Origin: an uncultured Bacteriovoracaceae bacterium
GTDB lineage: Bacteria > Bdellovibrionota > Bacteriovoracia > Bacteriovoracales > Bacteriovoracaceae
Direction: 5' to 3'
DNA length: 64,000 bases
Assembly: GCA_964423165.1 (NCBI GenBank)
Contig: CAYRDP010000007.1
Location: 283 to 64,282 of the forward strand
Part shown: positions 35,227-45,976 of the stretch, one piece after another
Numbering within the stretch: the stretch's first letter is position 1
How the letters are laid out: every line of letters starts with the position of its first letter
Program-made: the position numbers and the translations under genes
Notes under the pieces: generated by a model
Told to the model about the DNA's origin: nothing
What the model saw: only the letters and a program-made list of their open reading frames with translations
Database searches by the model: none

Positions 35227-36225
35227 ATGCCATCGTGGAGTATTACTAAAATTGACTTGCCTTTAAACTTTGAGTGGAAAATTTCACGAAATACATCAAG
35301 TATAAAAAGCAATTTTATTGTAAAAGTTCAAGATGAAGATCATGAAGGTATTGGAGAAGTTGCATTTAATATACGCTTTGGAGAATCAGAAGAGCAGATA
35401 AGGGATCATTTCAGTCTGTTTATGAGAAATTGGAGCACTTCTTTTTATACTTTGGAAGAATTTAATTTTTGTATAAATTCACTTGATTTACCTTCTAGCT
35501 TGCGTTTTGGAATTGAATCAGCTTGGGTACATTTTTCCAGTAAGTTTTTTGATATTGAAATGGAGCAATTACTAAAAATAAAAGGATTAGGAGTTCTTTC
35601 TACATCATTTTCCTTGCCCATAATGGAGGTTGGACAAATTAAATCGTTTATAAACGAAAATAATCTTAAACGATTTCAATCACTAAAAATAAAAGATAAC
35701 GGAACAGAAACTGTTGATGTTATTAATGAAGTACATGCTCACTTCAAAGGAAAAATAAGAATAGATGCTAATGAATCTTTCAGTTGCCCTGATTACTTAA
35801 TGAAAACATTTGAAAAATTAAAAGAAATCCCCATTGAGTTTATCGAGCAGCCATTACCCGCATCAATGCATGATGAGTATTTATATTTAAAAAATAATAT
35901 TAATTTTAAAATACTTGCAGATGAATCCATTACCTCTGGTGAAGTAACCTCCTATTACACAGAACGTTTTGATGGTATTAATATCAAGTTAATGAAAAGT
36001 GGAGGTTATTTTAATGCTATTAAACAAATTAGGCAGGCCAAAAGATTAGGCCTTGAAATAATGATTGGTTGTATGATTGAAAGTTCGCTTGGTATCTCCT
36101 CGGCAATGAATTTAGCTTATGGGCTTGATTACTTTGATTTGGACGGAATTCTAATAATTCAAAAAGATCCATTTGGGTTAGTACATGAAAATAATGGAAT
36201 ATTAATTAAAACAGAGTTACATTAG
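35227..36225 (+). CDS. Enolase-superfamily dipeptide (L-Ala-D/L-Glu) epimerase
   Basis: IRIDANESF, IEQPL, LADES, INIKLMKSGG and IGCMIESSLG are muconate-lactonizing/dipeptide epimerase motifs. Confidence 0.65.
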   Translation: MPSWSITKIDLPLNFEWKISRNTSSIKSNFIVKVQDEDHEGIGEVAFNIRFGESEEQIRDHFSLFMRNWSTSFYTLEEFNFCINSLDLPSSLRFGIESAWVHFSSKFFDIEMEQLLKIKGLGVLSTSFSLPIMEVGQIKSFINENNLKRFQSLKIKDNGTETVDVINEVHAHFKGKIRIDANESFSCPDYLMKTFEKLKEIPIEFIEQPLPASMHDEYLYLKNNINFKILADESITSGEVTSYYTERFDGINIKLMKSGGYFNAIKQIRQAKRLGLEIMIGCMIESSLGISSAMNLAYGLDYFDLDGILIIQKDPFGLVHENNGILIKTELH

Positions 36226-37478
36226 AAAAATAATTTCAAGTTTATATCTGCTCTTGAATAATTGGGAACATTAGTTCCACCAAGAGTTTTTTGTACACTT
36301 GATGAAATAATTAACGGTGCCATAAACTTTTTATTTTTAAAAAGTTCAACAGTTGAAAAGCTTAATTCAAGTTTTCCAGAGTGTGAGTTCTTTTCAGTAT
36401 CAGTACTTAATATTTGATTAGCATCACTATAGTCAGATTCATAAATAGACTTGGCCGTATAGTTAAATAGATAACTAACTGAAGTACTAATCCAACTTGA
36501 GAAGTCATAATTAGAAGTTAGAGTAAGATCAAGCATATCTCCTAGCTTTTCAAAAAAAGTAGCTTTTTCAAACCCCAGTAAATACTCTGAAGACTCAGGT
36601 ACTCTAAGAGTCTTACTACTTGGAGATTGATAAGTGTATCGTCCACTTGCTTCAAATGATAATGGACTATTGGGTATTGTTATACCTCCGCCTATTTCAG
36701 AAAATATATCAAATTGTCCATCACCAAAAGCGATATCTTGAATAATATCAGGGTCATCTGTTCTACCTGTAGGGAGAGTCAAGCCTAATGTTGTGGCCAT
36801 ACCACTATTACTCGATTCAAAAATATTATACATTATTCCCATCTCTAAATCGCCCATTCCCTTGCCTGTCCAGCTTCCTATTGGCTTATATCCTAGGTGA
36901 TTGGTTACAATAGATTGGATAACTCCTCCTGAAATATCCGGTAGGCTATTTGTAATTCCAGTAATAATTTCAGCTGTGGAGCTATCTATATTTCCAGAAT
37001 TATTTTGAATACTTGACTCAAGAAGAGTTCTGACTTGGTTATTATTATTATATTTGGTTCTCTCTATGTTTAAATTAACTTCCGCTGTATGGTATGGAAA
37101 CGCTAAATAGGCAGTTAGGTCATTAGAGAAACCATAAGCAATTCCAACTCCTTGTACTTGAACCTGAGCATTTGCATCTACTTCATATTCACCTAATTGG
37201 AATGCATCGTATGCTGGCCGTGATATTTGGCTTAGAGATGTTAAATAATCAGCAAAGATATCATTCAATGATTCTAGTGACTTAGCATCAATTGATATTT
37301 TTAGGTTATAATCTTGTTCTTGCTGGTTTCCAGTAAATGATGAACTTATTTTTCCTGTAGCAACATGCTTATAAACGAAAGCACGAACACCTCTTGGAAG
37401 TGTATCATAATAGGATGAAAAGCAATTTGCTGAAAATTGTAATAAAGTGAAAATAAAACATAATTGAATAATGCGCAT
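36222..37478 (-). CDS. Outer-membrane beta-barrel protein
   Basis: It has a signal peptide, alternating-hydrophobic strands and a C-terminal aromatic residue (...NLKLFF). Confidence 0.55.
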   Translation of the reverse strand: MRIIQLCFIFTLLQFSANCFSSYYDTLPRGVRAFVYKHVATGKISSSFTGNQQEQDYNLKISIDAKSLESLNDIFADYLTSLSQISRPAYDAFQLGEYEVDANAQVQVQGVGIAYGFSNDLTAYLAFPYHTAEVNLNIERTKYNNNNQVRTLLESSIQNNSGNIDSSTAEIITGITNSLPDISGGVIQSIVTNHLGYKPIGSWTGKGMGDLEMGIMYNIFESSNSGMATTLGLTLPTGRTDDPDIIQDIAFGDGQFDIFSEIGGGITIPNSPLSFEASGRYTYQSPSSKTLRVPESSEYLLGFEKATFFEKLGDMLDLTLTSNYDFSSWISTSVSYLFNYTAKSIYESDYSDANQILSTDTEKNSHSGKLELSFSTVELFKNKKFMAPLIISSSVQKTLGGTNVPNYSRADINLKLFF

Positions 37479-37659
37479 GGCGACAATATATACTCTTTTA
37501 AAAAATAATCTCTATATATATGAAACTTTGTAATTATTATAGTGAGAGTGTTTGTGAAAAAAATCTATACCAATACAATTTAATTGAAAAAAATTACGCC
37601 CAGTGTTATTGTCCAGTTCACATAAATGACAACAAACAATTTTTGGTAAATAATTAGTT

Positions 37660-38358
37660 ATGAAAATTCTCTCAACTGCTATTTTATTGATCTTTTTAAG
37701 CTCTTGCTTAACACATGAAGAAATAACTCCTGCATTTCAAGTAGAACGAATTGATGATCAAGTTAGTGATGTACAGTTTTCGTTTTCAACTGAATCTCAA
37801 GATTATAGCAATGAGTTGGATGAAATAGGGGATATCGATAATATAGGCCCTTCATTAAGAGATTTTTTTACGAGATGGATTAATAATGATTTCGAAAATG
37901 GTGAACTTGATGAAGTTATGCATCTTGACCCTATTGAGTACTCTCTTGATGAAATATCAGATGTTGATTTTGATTATATCGAAAAGATTAAGCTAGAATC
38001 AGTACGTTTAATTATGCAAGATTATGTTGAGGAAACAGGATCAAGCGTTGATTTTTCTTTCATCAAGAATTTTAGAATTTATATTAAATACAAAGAACTA
38101 TTCAAGGAAGGTGAAGATGTTAGTATTAGATATAATGATGCATTATTAGTATTGAGTTATGACAAAGAAACAGAAAAGCTATCTTGTGATGGAAAGTGTT
38201 TAGATTTAAAAATTGAAAAAAGTAGTTGGCGAGATATTTTAGAAAATAATCATTCTTTTGTTGTTTTGGTCAGAGTTGAATTAGAAAATATACCAACTGC
38301 GAAATTTTCTTATGAAGGCCAAATTGATGTTTCTGTTGGTGTGAGAATCGGCTTGTAA
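37660..38358 (+). CDS. Acidic lipoprotein, function unknown
   Basis: Lipobox in ILLIFLSSC. Confidence 0.5.
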   Translation: MKILSTAILLIFLSSCLTHEEITPAFQVERIDDQVSDVQFSFSTESQDYSNELDEIGDIDNIGPSLRDFFTRWINNDFENGELDEVMHLDPIEYSLDEISDVDFDYIEKIKLESVRLIMQDYVEETGSSVDFSFIKNFRIYIKYKELFKEGEDVSIRYNDALLVLSYDKETEKLSCDGKCLDLKIEKSSWRDILENNHSFVVLVRVELENIPTAKFSYEGQIDVSVGVRIGL

Positions 38359-38387
38359 CTTATCTTACTGTTTGCCTCGTCTATTGA

Positions 38388-39764
38388 GTGCTGAAAGATA
38401 ATTTTTCCCATAATATTAATTTTATCAATTTACTCAAAAATCATTTATTATATTTGTATGATAGTTTTTTATCTAGGGGAATCATTTTGAAGCTTATTAG
38501 GATTATTTTTTTATTTTCCATTTTTGTATCAACGGCCTGTTCAACTTCCATTAGTAAAGCAAAAAATAGTTCTAATAAAATAAGGGTTAATAGATTTGAA
38601 AGACAAGAAGTAAAAATTCATAGAAGTGCTATTAAAAAGAGAAATAAAAAATCAGATAATAAAACAGACTTAAAACTAAAATATTCAAAAAAATATGTAA
38701 ATTTTTGGATGAAATACTTCACGAAAAAAGAAAAAAAACGTTTTATTAAACATCTATCTAATGCTTCTAAGTATAAAGAATTGGTTCAATCAATATTTGC
38801 AAAACATGGGTTACCCCAAGATCTATTCTATGTTGGTTTAATAGAAAGTGGGTATAACAGTAAAATAAAAAGCAGGTCGGCAGCAGTAGGCCCTTGGCAA
38901 TTTATCAAAGGTACAGCAAAGATATATGGATTAAAAGTGAATCGTTACGTAGACGAGCGGATGAATATTTATAAGTCTACGGAAGCAGCCGCACAATACT
39001 TTAAGGATTTATACAATATTTTTGGAAGTTGGGACCTTGCTCTATGTGCATATAATAAAGGAGAATATGGAATTATTAGGGCGATACGAAAAGGCAATAC
39101 AAGAGACTATCAAGAACTAATTAGAAAAAAATTAATTCCAAAGGAAACTCAGTATTATATTCCGAAAGTAGTAGCAGCTCGTTCTCTTTATATTAACAGT
39201 TCTAAGCACAAATTATTTTATGATCGTCCAAGTTCTCATGATTATAATAATGGGTCTGCGGTGAAATTAAGGCAAAATTTTAGAGTATCAACTATTGCCA
39301 GTAAGCTCGGGATACCTAAAAGATTGGTTTTAAAATTAAACCCAGACTTACAGAGGGATTATGTAAAGGTTGGAAGAAGTGGTCTAAAAGTTTTCTTACC
39401 AAAAGAGAAAAGCTCTAATTATTATTTAAGTAAAATTAAGAATACTAAAGTTCGTAAGCAAGTGACAACTAATAATGTAAGAAAACATAGGGTTAGAAGA
39501 GGTGAAACATTATCTTCAATTTCTAAAAAATATAATATAACGATTAATCATTTAAAAAAATATAACAGTTTGAAAAATAGTAAAATTAAAATTGGGCAAT
39601 ATTTGAATTTACAAATGAAAAGTAATGTTTATATTGTGAAATCAGGTGATAATCTAGGTAAAATTGCGAGTCGGTTTGGATTATCAGTTGCTAAGTTGGC
39701 CAAGTATAATTCTTTAAATTCATACAGAATTTATCCTCGACAAAAAATATATATTCCAATTTAA
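38388..39764 (+). CDS. Membrane-bound lytic murein transglycosylase (SLT domain + LysM repeats, MltD-like)
   Basis: The SLT motif is GLIESGYNSKIKSRSAAVGPWQF. Two LysM-like repeats are present (HRVRRGETLSSISKKYNI..; YIVKSGDNLGKIASRFGL..). Confidence 0.75.
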   Translation: MLKDNFSHNINFINLLKNHLLYLYDSFLSRGIILKLIRIIFLFSIFVSTACSTSISKAKNSSNKIRVNRFERQEVKIHRSAIKKRNKKSDNKTDLKLKYSKKYVNFWMKYFTKKEKKRFIKHLSNASKYKELVQSIFAKHGLPQDLFYVGLIESGYNSKIKSRSAAVGPWQFIKGTAKIYGLKVNRYVDERMNIYKSTEAAAQYFKDLYNIFGSWDLALCAYNKGEYGIIRAIRKGNTRDYQELIRKKLIPKETQYYIPKVVAARSLYINSSKHKLFYDRPSSHDYNNGSAVKLRQNFRVSTIASKLGIPKRLVLKLNPDLQRDYVKVGRSGLKVFLPKEKSSNYYLSKIKNTKVRKQVTTNNVRKHRVRRGETLSSISKKYNITINHLKKYNSLKNSKIKIGQYLNLQMKSNVYIVKSGDNLGKIASRFGLSVAKLAKYNSLNSYRIYPRQKIYIPI

Positions 39765-39824
39765 TTGACTAGCTTCAATGAACAGGCCATTTTGTTATCA
39801 CAAATGATTAAATAGGGAAGTAAA

Positions 39825-40958
39825 GTGAAAATTGGTCTTGATGCAAAGAGAGTGTTCCATAATTTTAGAGGATTAGGTAATTACTCTAGAACATTAATTG
39901 AAAGCTTTGGTAATTTTTATCCAGATCATCAATACTATCTTTATACAACTCCTTACTCTGATAAAAGAGCAATAAATTGGAAAGAAAATAATAGTAACTG
40001 TATAATTAGAACTCCTGGAACAAGTCTTGGAAAAGCACTCCCGTCATTTTGGAGAACTTTTCAATTAAAATCAGATTTAGCAGAGGATAATCTTGATATT
40101 TACCATGGCCTAACTCATGAGCTTCCCTATGCAGTAGACAAATTAGATTTGCTCAAAGTTGTAACAATTCATGATTTAATTTTTTTAAGGTATCCAGAGT
40201 TCTTTCCATGGATTGATCGGCAAGTATATTTAAAAAAGTTTAAGTATAGTTGTAAAAATGCTGATATTATTATTTCAATCTGTCATCAAACCAAAGATGA
40301 TCTAATACATTTTCTTAACGTACCAGAAACAAAAATAAAAGTAGTTTATCAAAGCTGCTCCCCTCATTTCTATAATTTAGCAGTAGGAAAGAGAAAAACT
40401 ATAGAGAAATATCTTATTAATGATGAATATATTTTATACGTTGGAGCAATAGAGGAAAGAAAAAATGTTCTCAATCTGGTTCGTGCATATAAACAAACAA
40501 ACAGGCACGAAAAACTTGTATTGATTGGTAATGGCGGCCAGTATTTAGAAAAAGTAAAAAATGAAATTAAATTATTGAAATTAGAGTCTAAGGTAATTAT
40601 TTTAAATTCAGTACCATTTGCCGATTTACCTTCACTTTATCAATCAGCTAAATTATTTTGCTTTCCATCCTTATTTGAAGGTTTTGGTATTCCAATTATT
40701 GAGGCCCTATTTAGCAAAACTCCTGTTTTAACATCAATAGGTTCTTGCTTTCCTGAATCAGGAGGCCCTTCAAGCATTTATATTGATCCTTTGGATATTA
40801 ACTCTATTGCGAGTGGTATTATTAAAGTACTTTCTGATAGCTCTTTAGCAGAACAGATGAAATTAAATGGATTTGAGTTTGTACAAAAATTTCATTGGAA
40901 AAATACAAGCAAGGATTTAATGAAGGTTTACCAAGATGGATTACTTGCCCGTAATTAA
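39825..40958 (+). CDS. Glycosyltransferase family 4 (GT-B)
   Basis: FCFPSLFEGFGIPIIEAL is the E-x7-E region of GT4 enzymes. Confidence 0.7.
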   Translation: MKIGLDAKRVFHNFRGLGNYSRTLIESFGNFYPDHQYYLYTTPYSDKRAINWKENNSNCIIRTPGTSLGKALPSFWRTFQLKSDLAEDNLDIYHGLTHELPYAVDKLDLLKVVTIHDLIFLRYPEFFPWIDRQVYLKKFKYSCKNADIIISICHQTKDDLIHFLNVPETKIKVVYQSCSPHFYNLAVGKRKTIEKYLINDEYILYVGAIEERKNVLNLVRAYKQTNRHEKLVLIGNGGQYLEKVKNEIKLLKLESKVIILNSVPFADLPSLYQSAKLFCFPSLFEGFGIPIIEALFSKTPVLTSIGSCFPESGGPSSIYIDPLDINSIASGIIKVLSDSSLAEQMKLNGFEFVQKFHWKNTSKDLMKVYQDGLLARN

Positions 40959-41324
40959 AGATAAGTTTGATAATTTATATTTTTTTAGCAAGTCAAGAAT
41001 ATTAACAACACGTTCATAGGCAACTTTTTTATCAACTCTTAAGTTGACAGGAGTATTTTTATTTTTAGCTTTTAAATTAATGGATAGTTCCTCCAATTGA
41101 ATGACTTTACCATTAAATGCTATTTGATCTTTCGATAGTTCAATAGAAATATTATTTTTTTCTTCTTTTGCCACCCCGCTTTTAGAATTAGGTAAACTTA
41201 GTAGTAATGCTAACTCATCTTTTTTGAATACAGTTGAGACCATAAAAAAGATTAAAAGTAAAAAAACGACATCAATTAATGGAGTAATATCAGGAATAAT
41301 AGATTCTTTAGTTCTTCTTTTCAT
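40941..41324 (-). CDS. exbD: Biopolymer transport protein ExbD/TolR
   Basis: ITPLIDVVFLLLIFFMV is the hallmark N-terminal TM segment. It lies downstream of the ExbB-like gene. Confidence 0.8.
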   Translation of the reverse strand: MKRRTKESIIPDITPLIDVVFLLLIFFMVSTVFKKDELALLLSLPNSKSGVAKEEKNNISIELSKDQIAFNGKVIQLEELSINLKAKNKNTPVNLRVDKKVAYERVVNILDLLKKYKLSNLSLITGK

Positions 41325-41331
41325 TGCACTC

Positions 41332-41850
41332 CTACAATAATTTTATTAATAATTTTTTTTCTAAATTTGCTTCAAGTTTATCTAGCATACCGAGTAAGTA
41401 GCTATGTGCCATAAAATGAGGGATAGCAACAAGTAGGCCACCAACAGTTGTGATTAAGGCCATAGAAATTCCTTCAGCAAAGTTCGATGGATTATTTAGG
41501 CCCGTTTCAGACATTACTCTGAAAGCAACTAAAACTCCAATTACAGTACCCAGCAACCCAATCAACGGAGAGATTGAAGCAATAATTTTAATAGTATTAA
41601 TTCCAGATTCAACATTATTCATATGACATGTTAATTCTTGCTTTGAAAGCTCGACCATCGTTTCTACCTGATTATTTGAGGTTGAACTTTTAATTATCCC
41701 TGCAAGCTGGTCAGTAGTCTGGTCCGTTTTCTTGTTCTCTTGTGTAATTGTAATTATTTTATAAACGATAGTAGCAAAACCAATAATATTAAAGAGGAGA
41801 AGAATATACATAATAGGCCCTCCCTGATTTATGTAATCTATTATTCTCAT
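41332..41850 (-). CDS. exbB: MotA/TolQ/ExbB proton-channel protein
   Basis: SPLIGLLGTVIGVLVAF...EGISMALITTVGGLLVAIP is the conserved ExbB/TolQ core. Confidence 0.8.
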   Translation of the reverse strand: MRIIDYINQGGPIMYILLLFNIIGFATIVYKIITITQENKKTDQTTDQLAGIIKSSTSNNQVETMVELSKQELTCHMNNVESGINTIKIIASISPLIGLLGTVIGVLVAFRVMSETGLNNPSNFAEGISMALITTVGGLLVAIPHFMAHSYLLGMLDKLEANLEKKLLIKLL

Positions 41851-42404
41851 TTAATCCTCCTTAATAATTTAATATACTTATTGTGGTACAGTGAAAATAA
41901 GATTGCAAATATAATAGATTTTAGTTTACGCCAAATAAAATACTCAACTTTCAAATATTTATAAATTTTATTTAACATTTATTAACTTGTTAGAGTTCAG
42001 GTAAGTTACTGTAAGTACAAGTTAGTTACAACATCATCTATGTTAATATATTTTTTGGCTTTGAATTTATTTGAATATTAATTAAAAGTGTTAAAATGGT
42101 GCTGTGCGCAAGTGGAGAGGTCACAATGATTAAATTTCATTTTATAGAAAGCCAGGCGATTAGATTAACTAAACCTTTAGGAGATTTCTGTTATTATAAT
42201 AAAAACTTAAACTCTAAATCATATTTATTTTTTAATATAATAGAAAAATTTATTTTAACAAAACCAATTCATTTACAAAATATCATTAGCAAGGAAGTAC
42301 ATTTAGGTCGTAAGATATTTATTAAGTTGTAATTAGATTATTGCTTGCTCGAATATGATGTGTTAGATTTCTTTTTCCCAAATTAACTAAAAGGAATAAT
42401 CAAT

Positions 42405-43196
42405 ATGTTAGAAAAACTTTCTACTGAGCGAAAGTATCAATTATATGAAGGCTCAGTTCAAAATCATGAGGGCGATATTGATTTCATTAATGATCAGTAT
42501 GAAAGAATTTTTGGAACAAAACCACTATTATTAAGAGAAGATTTTGGTGGAACAGGACAACTGTCTTGTGGATGGGTAAAACAAAGCTCACATCATAAAG
42601 CTTGGGCCATAGATTTAGATCCAGAACCTATCTCCTACGGAAAAGAGCGCCATCTTTCAGAGTTAGAGGAGAGTAGTCGAAATCAGGTTAATTACGTATT
42701 GGGAAATGTCTTGGAAAATCAAGATTTTAAGGTGGATGTAACTGTTGCTTTTAATTTTTCATATTTTATTTTTAAAAAACGTAATGAACTACTTGCTTAC
42801 TTCAAAAAAGTAAAAGAAGGCCTAAACGAAAATGGTATTTTTGTTATTGACTTGTTTGGAGGCACAGATTCTAATCAAGAGTTAGTCGAAGAAACTGAAT
42901 ACGATGATTATAGTTACTTTTGGGATTGTGAAAATTTTAATCCAATTACAAACGAATGTTTATATTATATTCATTTCAAAGATAATGGAACTAAACATGA
43001 GAGAGTATTTACTTATGATTGGAGAATGTGGAGTATTCCAGAACTAAGAGAAATAATGTTTGAAGCAGGTTTTTCTAAGGCCATTGCTTTTTGGGAAGGA
43101 GATGATGATGATGGTGGAGGAGATGGTGATTTCTACTCTACTGAAACTGCTGAAAATTGTGAGTCGTGGGTTACTTATATTATTGGAGTTAACTAA
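42405..43196 (+). CDS. Class I SAM-dependent methyltransferase
   Basis: LREDFGGTGQLS is a motif I-like segment. FVIDLFGG and an acidic DDDDGGGDGD insert are also present. Confidence 0.5.
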   Translation: MLEKLSTERKYQLYEGSVQNHEGDIDFINDQYERIFGTKPLLLREDFGGTGQLSCGWVKQSSHHKAWAIDLDPEPISYGKERHLSELEESSRNQVNYVLGNVLENQDFKVDVTVAFNFSYFIFKKRNELLAYFKKVKEGLNENGIFVIDLFGGTDSNQELVEETEYDDYSYFWDCENFNPITNECLYYIHFKDNGTKHERVFTYDWRMWSIPELREIMFEAGFSKAIAFWEGDDDDGGGDGDFYSTETAENCESWVTYIIGVN

Positions 43197-43596
43197 TAAT
43201 ATAATGAGTAAATTCAATATTACTATATTGAGAGTTTTCAAACTGACTCTTTAATTCTGAGTCAGGCCAAATAATAAGAATATTATGTTTTAGTTGCTTT
43301 TTAGATAAAAGGCTTAATAATAAATTTTTGATTACTTCATTCAAATTTGTAGTTATTTTGATATTTGCTAAAAAGATTTTAGAATTATAGCTACTTGCAT
43401 AGAAAATATTATTATTTTTATCAATATAATCATTATTAACATATTTTGTTAGTATTCCATCCATAAAATAGTCTAAATCAAGGAAAGGTTTTGGAAAGTC
43501 CTTGAGGCATATATTTGTTGGCCAGATAATTCCAGTAACTTCAGGAGATATTAATTTGGTTAATTTACTTATGTCGTTACACATTGTTTTTTGCAA
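43189..43596 (-). CDS. Hypothetical protein
   Basis: ORF track only. It overlaps the nusB stop region. Confidence 0.35.
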   Translation of the reverse strand: MQKTMCNDISKLTKLISPEVTGIIWPTNICLKDFPKPFLDLDYFMDGILTKYVNNDYIDKNNNIFYASSYNSKIFLANIKITTNLNEVIKNLLLSLLSKKQLKHNILIIWPDSELKSQFENSQYSNIEFTHYIIS

Positions 43597-44053
43597 TATG
43601 ATCTAAAACACCATTTATAAAAGCAGAAGATTTTTGGTCACCAAATTTCTTGGCCATATTAATGGCCTCATTAATAACTACGTTAATTGGAGTATCAGGT
43701 AAGTATTTGAGTTCAAAGCATGCAACTTTTAATATTGCTAACTCTGTTTTATTAATTTTTTTGATATTCCATTTAGTCATGGATTGTTGAATGCTTTGTT
43801 CAATCTCTGCTCTATGCTCAATTACTCCCAGAATAATTCGTTCTGCTAATAACTTGGTATTACTATTTACTTTATTTCCGGGGTGTTCAGGGTCAGGCTC
43901 AGAAATACTTACATAAAAATTGATTAGATCTTTTGCTAGTAATTCAGAATTTTTGTTCTTTTCCATTAAATATACTGGCGATGACACTTCTATTTTAAAT
44001 AAAAATTTAAAAGCTAATTCTCTCCCTATTATTCTATTGTCTGTTATATTCAT
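43577..44053 (-). CDS. nusB: Transcription antitermination factor NusB
   Basis: RELAFKFLF...ILKVACFELKYLPDTPINVVINEAINMAKKFGDQKSSAFINGVLD matches NusB. Confidence 0.85.
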   Translation of the reverse strand: MNITDNRIIGRELAFKFLFKIEVSSPVYLMEKNKNSELLAKDLINFYVSISEPDPEHPGNKVNSNTKLLAERIILGVIEHRAEIEQSIQQSMTKWNIKKINKTELAILKVACFELKYLPDTPINVVINEAINMAKKFGDQKSSAFINGVLDHIAKNNV

Positions 44054-44522
44054 TTTGTTCTCTATTTTGTAATGGATTATTAATTTTTGTTAGACTAGAA
44101 ACGAAGTCATCCACATCATTATAATCCCAGTAAAATGACGCAAATCTGACAAAAGCAACAGGATCAAGATTCCTTATTTTTGAGGCTAAATAAGCACCAA
44201 TTTCTTTGGTTGTTGTTTCTCGTTGCCCATCCTGTATTATTGTTTGTATTAACTTTTCAATGATTAATTCAAGTTGTTGAGTTGAAATGGGTCGTTTTTG
44301 ACAAGCTTTATCTAATCCGGCCATAACTTTTTCTTTATTGAAAACTTCTCGCCTACCATCATTCTTAACAATTGTAGGTAGTTGCACTTCAATTTTCTCA
44401 TAAGTTGTAAACCTTGTTTCACATTCGTCACACTTCCTTCTTCTTCGAATAATATTTCCTTCTTGAAGATGGCGTGAATCGATGACGCGTGTGTTTTCAG
44501 ATGAACATTTTGAGCAATGCAT
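44034..44522 (-). CDS. nrdR: Transcriptional repressor NrdR
   Basis: MHCSKCSSENTRVIDSR...RRRRKCDECETRFTTYE is the zinc ribbon, followed by an ATP-cone. Confidence 0.9.
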   Translation of the reverse strand: MHCSKCSSENTRVIDSRHLQEGNIIRRRRKCDECETRFTTYEKIEVQLPTIVKNDGRREVFNKEKVMAGLDKACQKRPISTQQLELIIEKLIQTIIQDGQRETTTKEIGAYLASKIRNLDPVAFVRFASFYWDYNDVDDFVSSLTKINNPLQNREQNEYNRQ

Positions 44523-44709
44523 TTAATCTCCACTCTTGTTAATAATGAATAAATTAATACTGTCTTATCAATATAATGGCAAGTATTCATCTAATTGACT
44601 GAATCAATAAGGATTGCTAGTCTTTGATTTCCTCACTTTTAAAGGAAATAATGAAGTTATTATCACAATTAATATTAGTAATTTTTTTATACGTAATTTC
44701 AGGTCAGAT

Positions 44710-45960
44710 TTAATAAACTGGAAAATCTTTACACAATTTTTTAACCTCTTCCTTAATACTGAATAAAACCTTTGTATCTTCATGATTTATTAATGCTTGA
44801 TGAATCCATCCTGCAACTAACTTCATATCATTTTCTTTTAAGCCTCTTGTCGTGATAGCTGGTGTTCCTAATCGTAAACCTGAGGTAACAAAAGGAGATC
44901 TTGTATCTCCTGGGATCATATTTTTATTGCAAGTTATACCTGCTAGTTCAAGTGTTGCCTCCGCTTTTTTCCCGGATAGTTTAACTGAATCAGTTTTAAT
45001 TAATAATAAATGGTTATCAGTACCACCTGAAACAATTTCAATTCCATTACTAGAGAGATGTTTAGCTAAAGTTTGTGCGTTTAAAATAACTTGTTTTTGA
45101 TATTCTGAAAATTCAGGAAGTAGGGCTTCTTTGAAAGCAACAGCCTTTGCTGCAATTACATGCTCTAGCGGACCGCCTTGTATACCAGGAAAAACATTAA
45201 AGTTGATCTTTTTTGCTAGCTCTTCATTATTAGTCATAATAATTCCACCTCTAGGCCCTCTTAATGTTTTATGAGTCGTGGATGTTACAATATCAGCAAA
45301 AGGAAGTGGGTTTTCATGTAGTCCTGCCGCCACGAGGCCTGCAATATGAGCAATGTCAGCAAGTAAGTATGCACCAACTGAATCAGCAATTTCTTTGAAT
45401 TTTTTAAAATTAATCTTTCTAGGGTAAGCAGATGCTCCAACCACAATTAACTTAGGTCTTTCTTTTTGAGCAATTTCTTGAAGACAATCGTAATCAATTA
45501 ATTCAGATTGAGTATTAATTCCATAAGAAACGACCTCAAATAATTTTCCCGAAAAGTTAACTGGAGAACCATGAGTTAAGTGTCCTCCTTCAGCTAAATT
45601 CATTCCTAGGATTTTAGCTCCTGGTTTGATTAAACTAAAATATGCGGCCATATTTGCTTGAGAGCCAGAGTGAGGTTGTACATTGGCAAACTGACAATTA
45701 AATATTTGCTTTAACCGCTCAATTGCCAAAGTTTCAACATGATCAACAAATTCACAACCACCGTAATACCTTTTGTTTGGAAGGCCTTCGGCGTATTTAT
45801 TAGTTAAAATACTTCCCTGTGCTTCCATCACGGCTTTCGATACATAGTTTTCAGATGCAATTAACTCAAGCCCTTCCTCTTGGCGATTAAGTTCACTATT
45901 GATAATATTAAAAATCTCTTGATCCATTGTTGCAAGATTATTTGAATTTTCATGAAACAT
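44710..45960 (-). CDS. glyA: Serine hydroxymethyltransferase
   Basis: [11 protein letters not shown]...[12 protein letters not shown] with the PLP lysine context. Confidence 0.95.
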   Translation of the reverse strand: MFHENSNNLATMDQEIFNIINSELNRQEEGLELIASENYVSKAVMEAQGSILTNKYAEGLPNKRYYGGCEFVDHVETLAIERLKQIFNCQFANVQPHSGSQANMAAYFSLIKPGAKILGMNLAEGGHLTHGSPVNFSGKLFEVVSYGINTQSELIDYDCLQEIAQKERPKLIVVGASAYPRKINFKKFKEIADSVGAYLLADIAHIAGLVAAGLHENPLPFADIVTSTTHKTLRGPRGGIIMTNNEELAKKINFNVFPGIQGGPLEHVIAAKAVAFKEALLPEFSEYQKQVILNAQTLAKHLSSNGIEIVSGGTDNHLLLIKTDSVKLSGKKAEATLELAGITCNKNMIPGDTRSPFVTSGLRLGTPAITTRGLKENDMKLVAGWIHQALINHEDTKVLFSIKEEVKKLCKDFPVY

Positions 45961-45976
45961 AATATTGTTCCTTTAA

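Noticed and set aside
42096-42332. 78-aa ORF in the exbB-methyltransferase intergenic region
   Set aside because: It has no RBS or motif and an AT-rich, low-information composition. It is probably non-coding promoter DNA.
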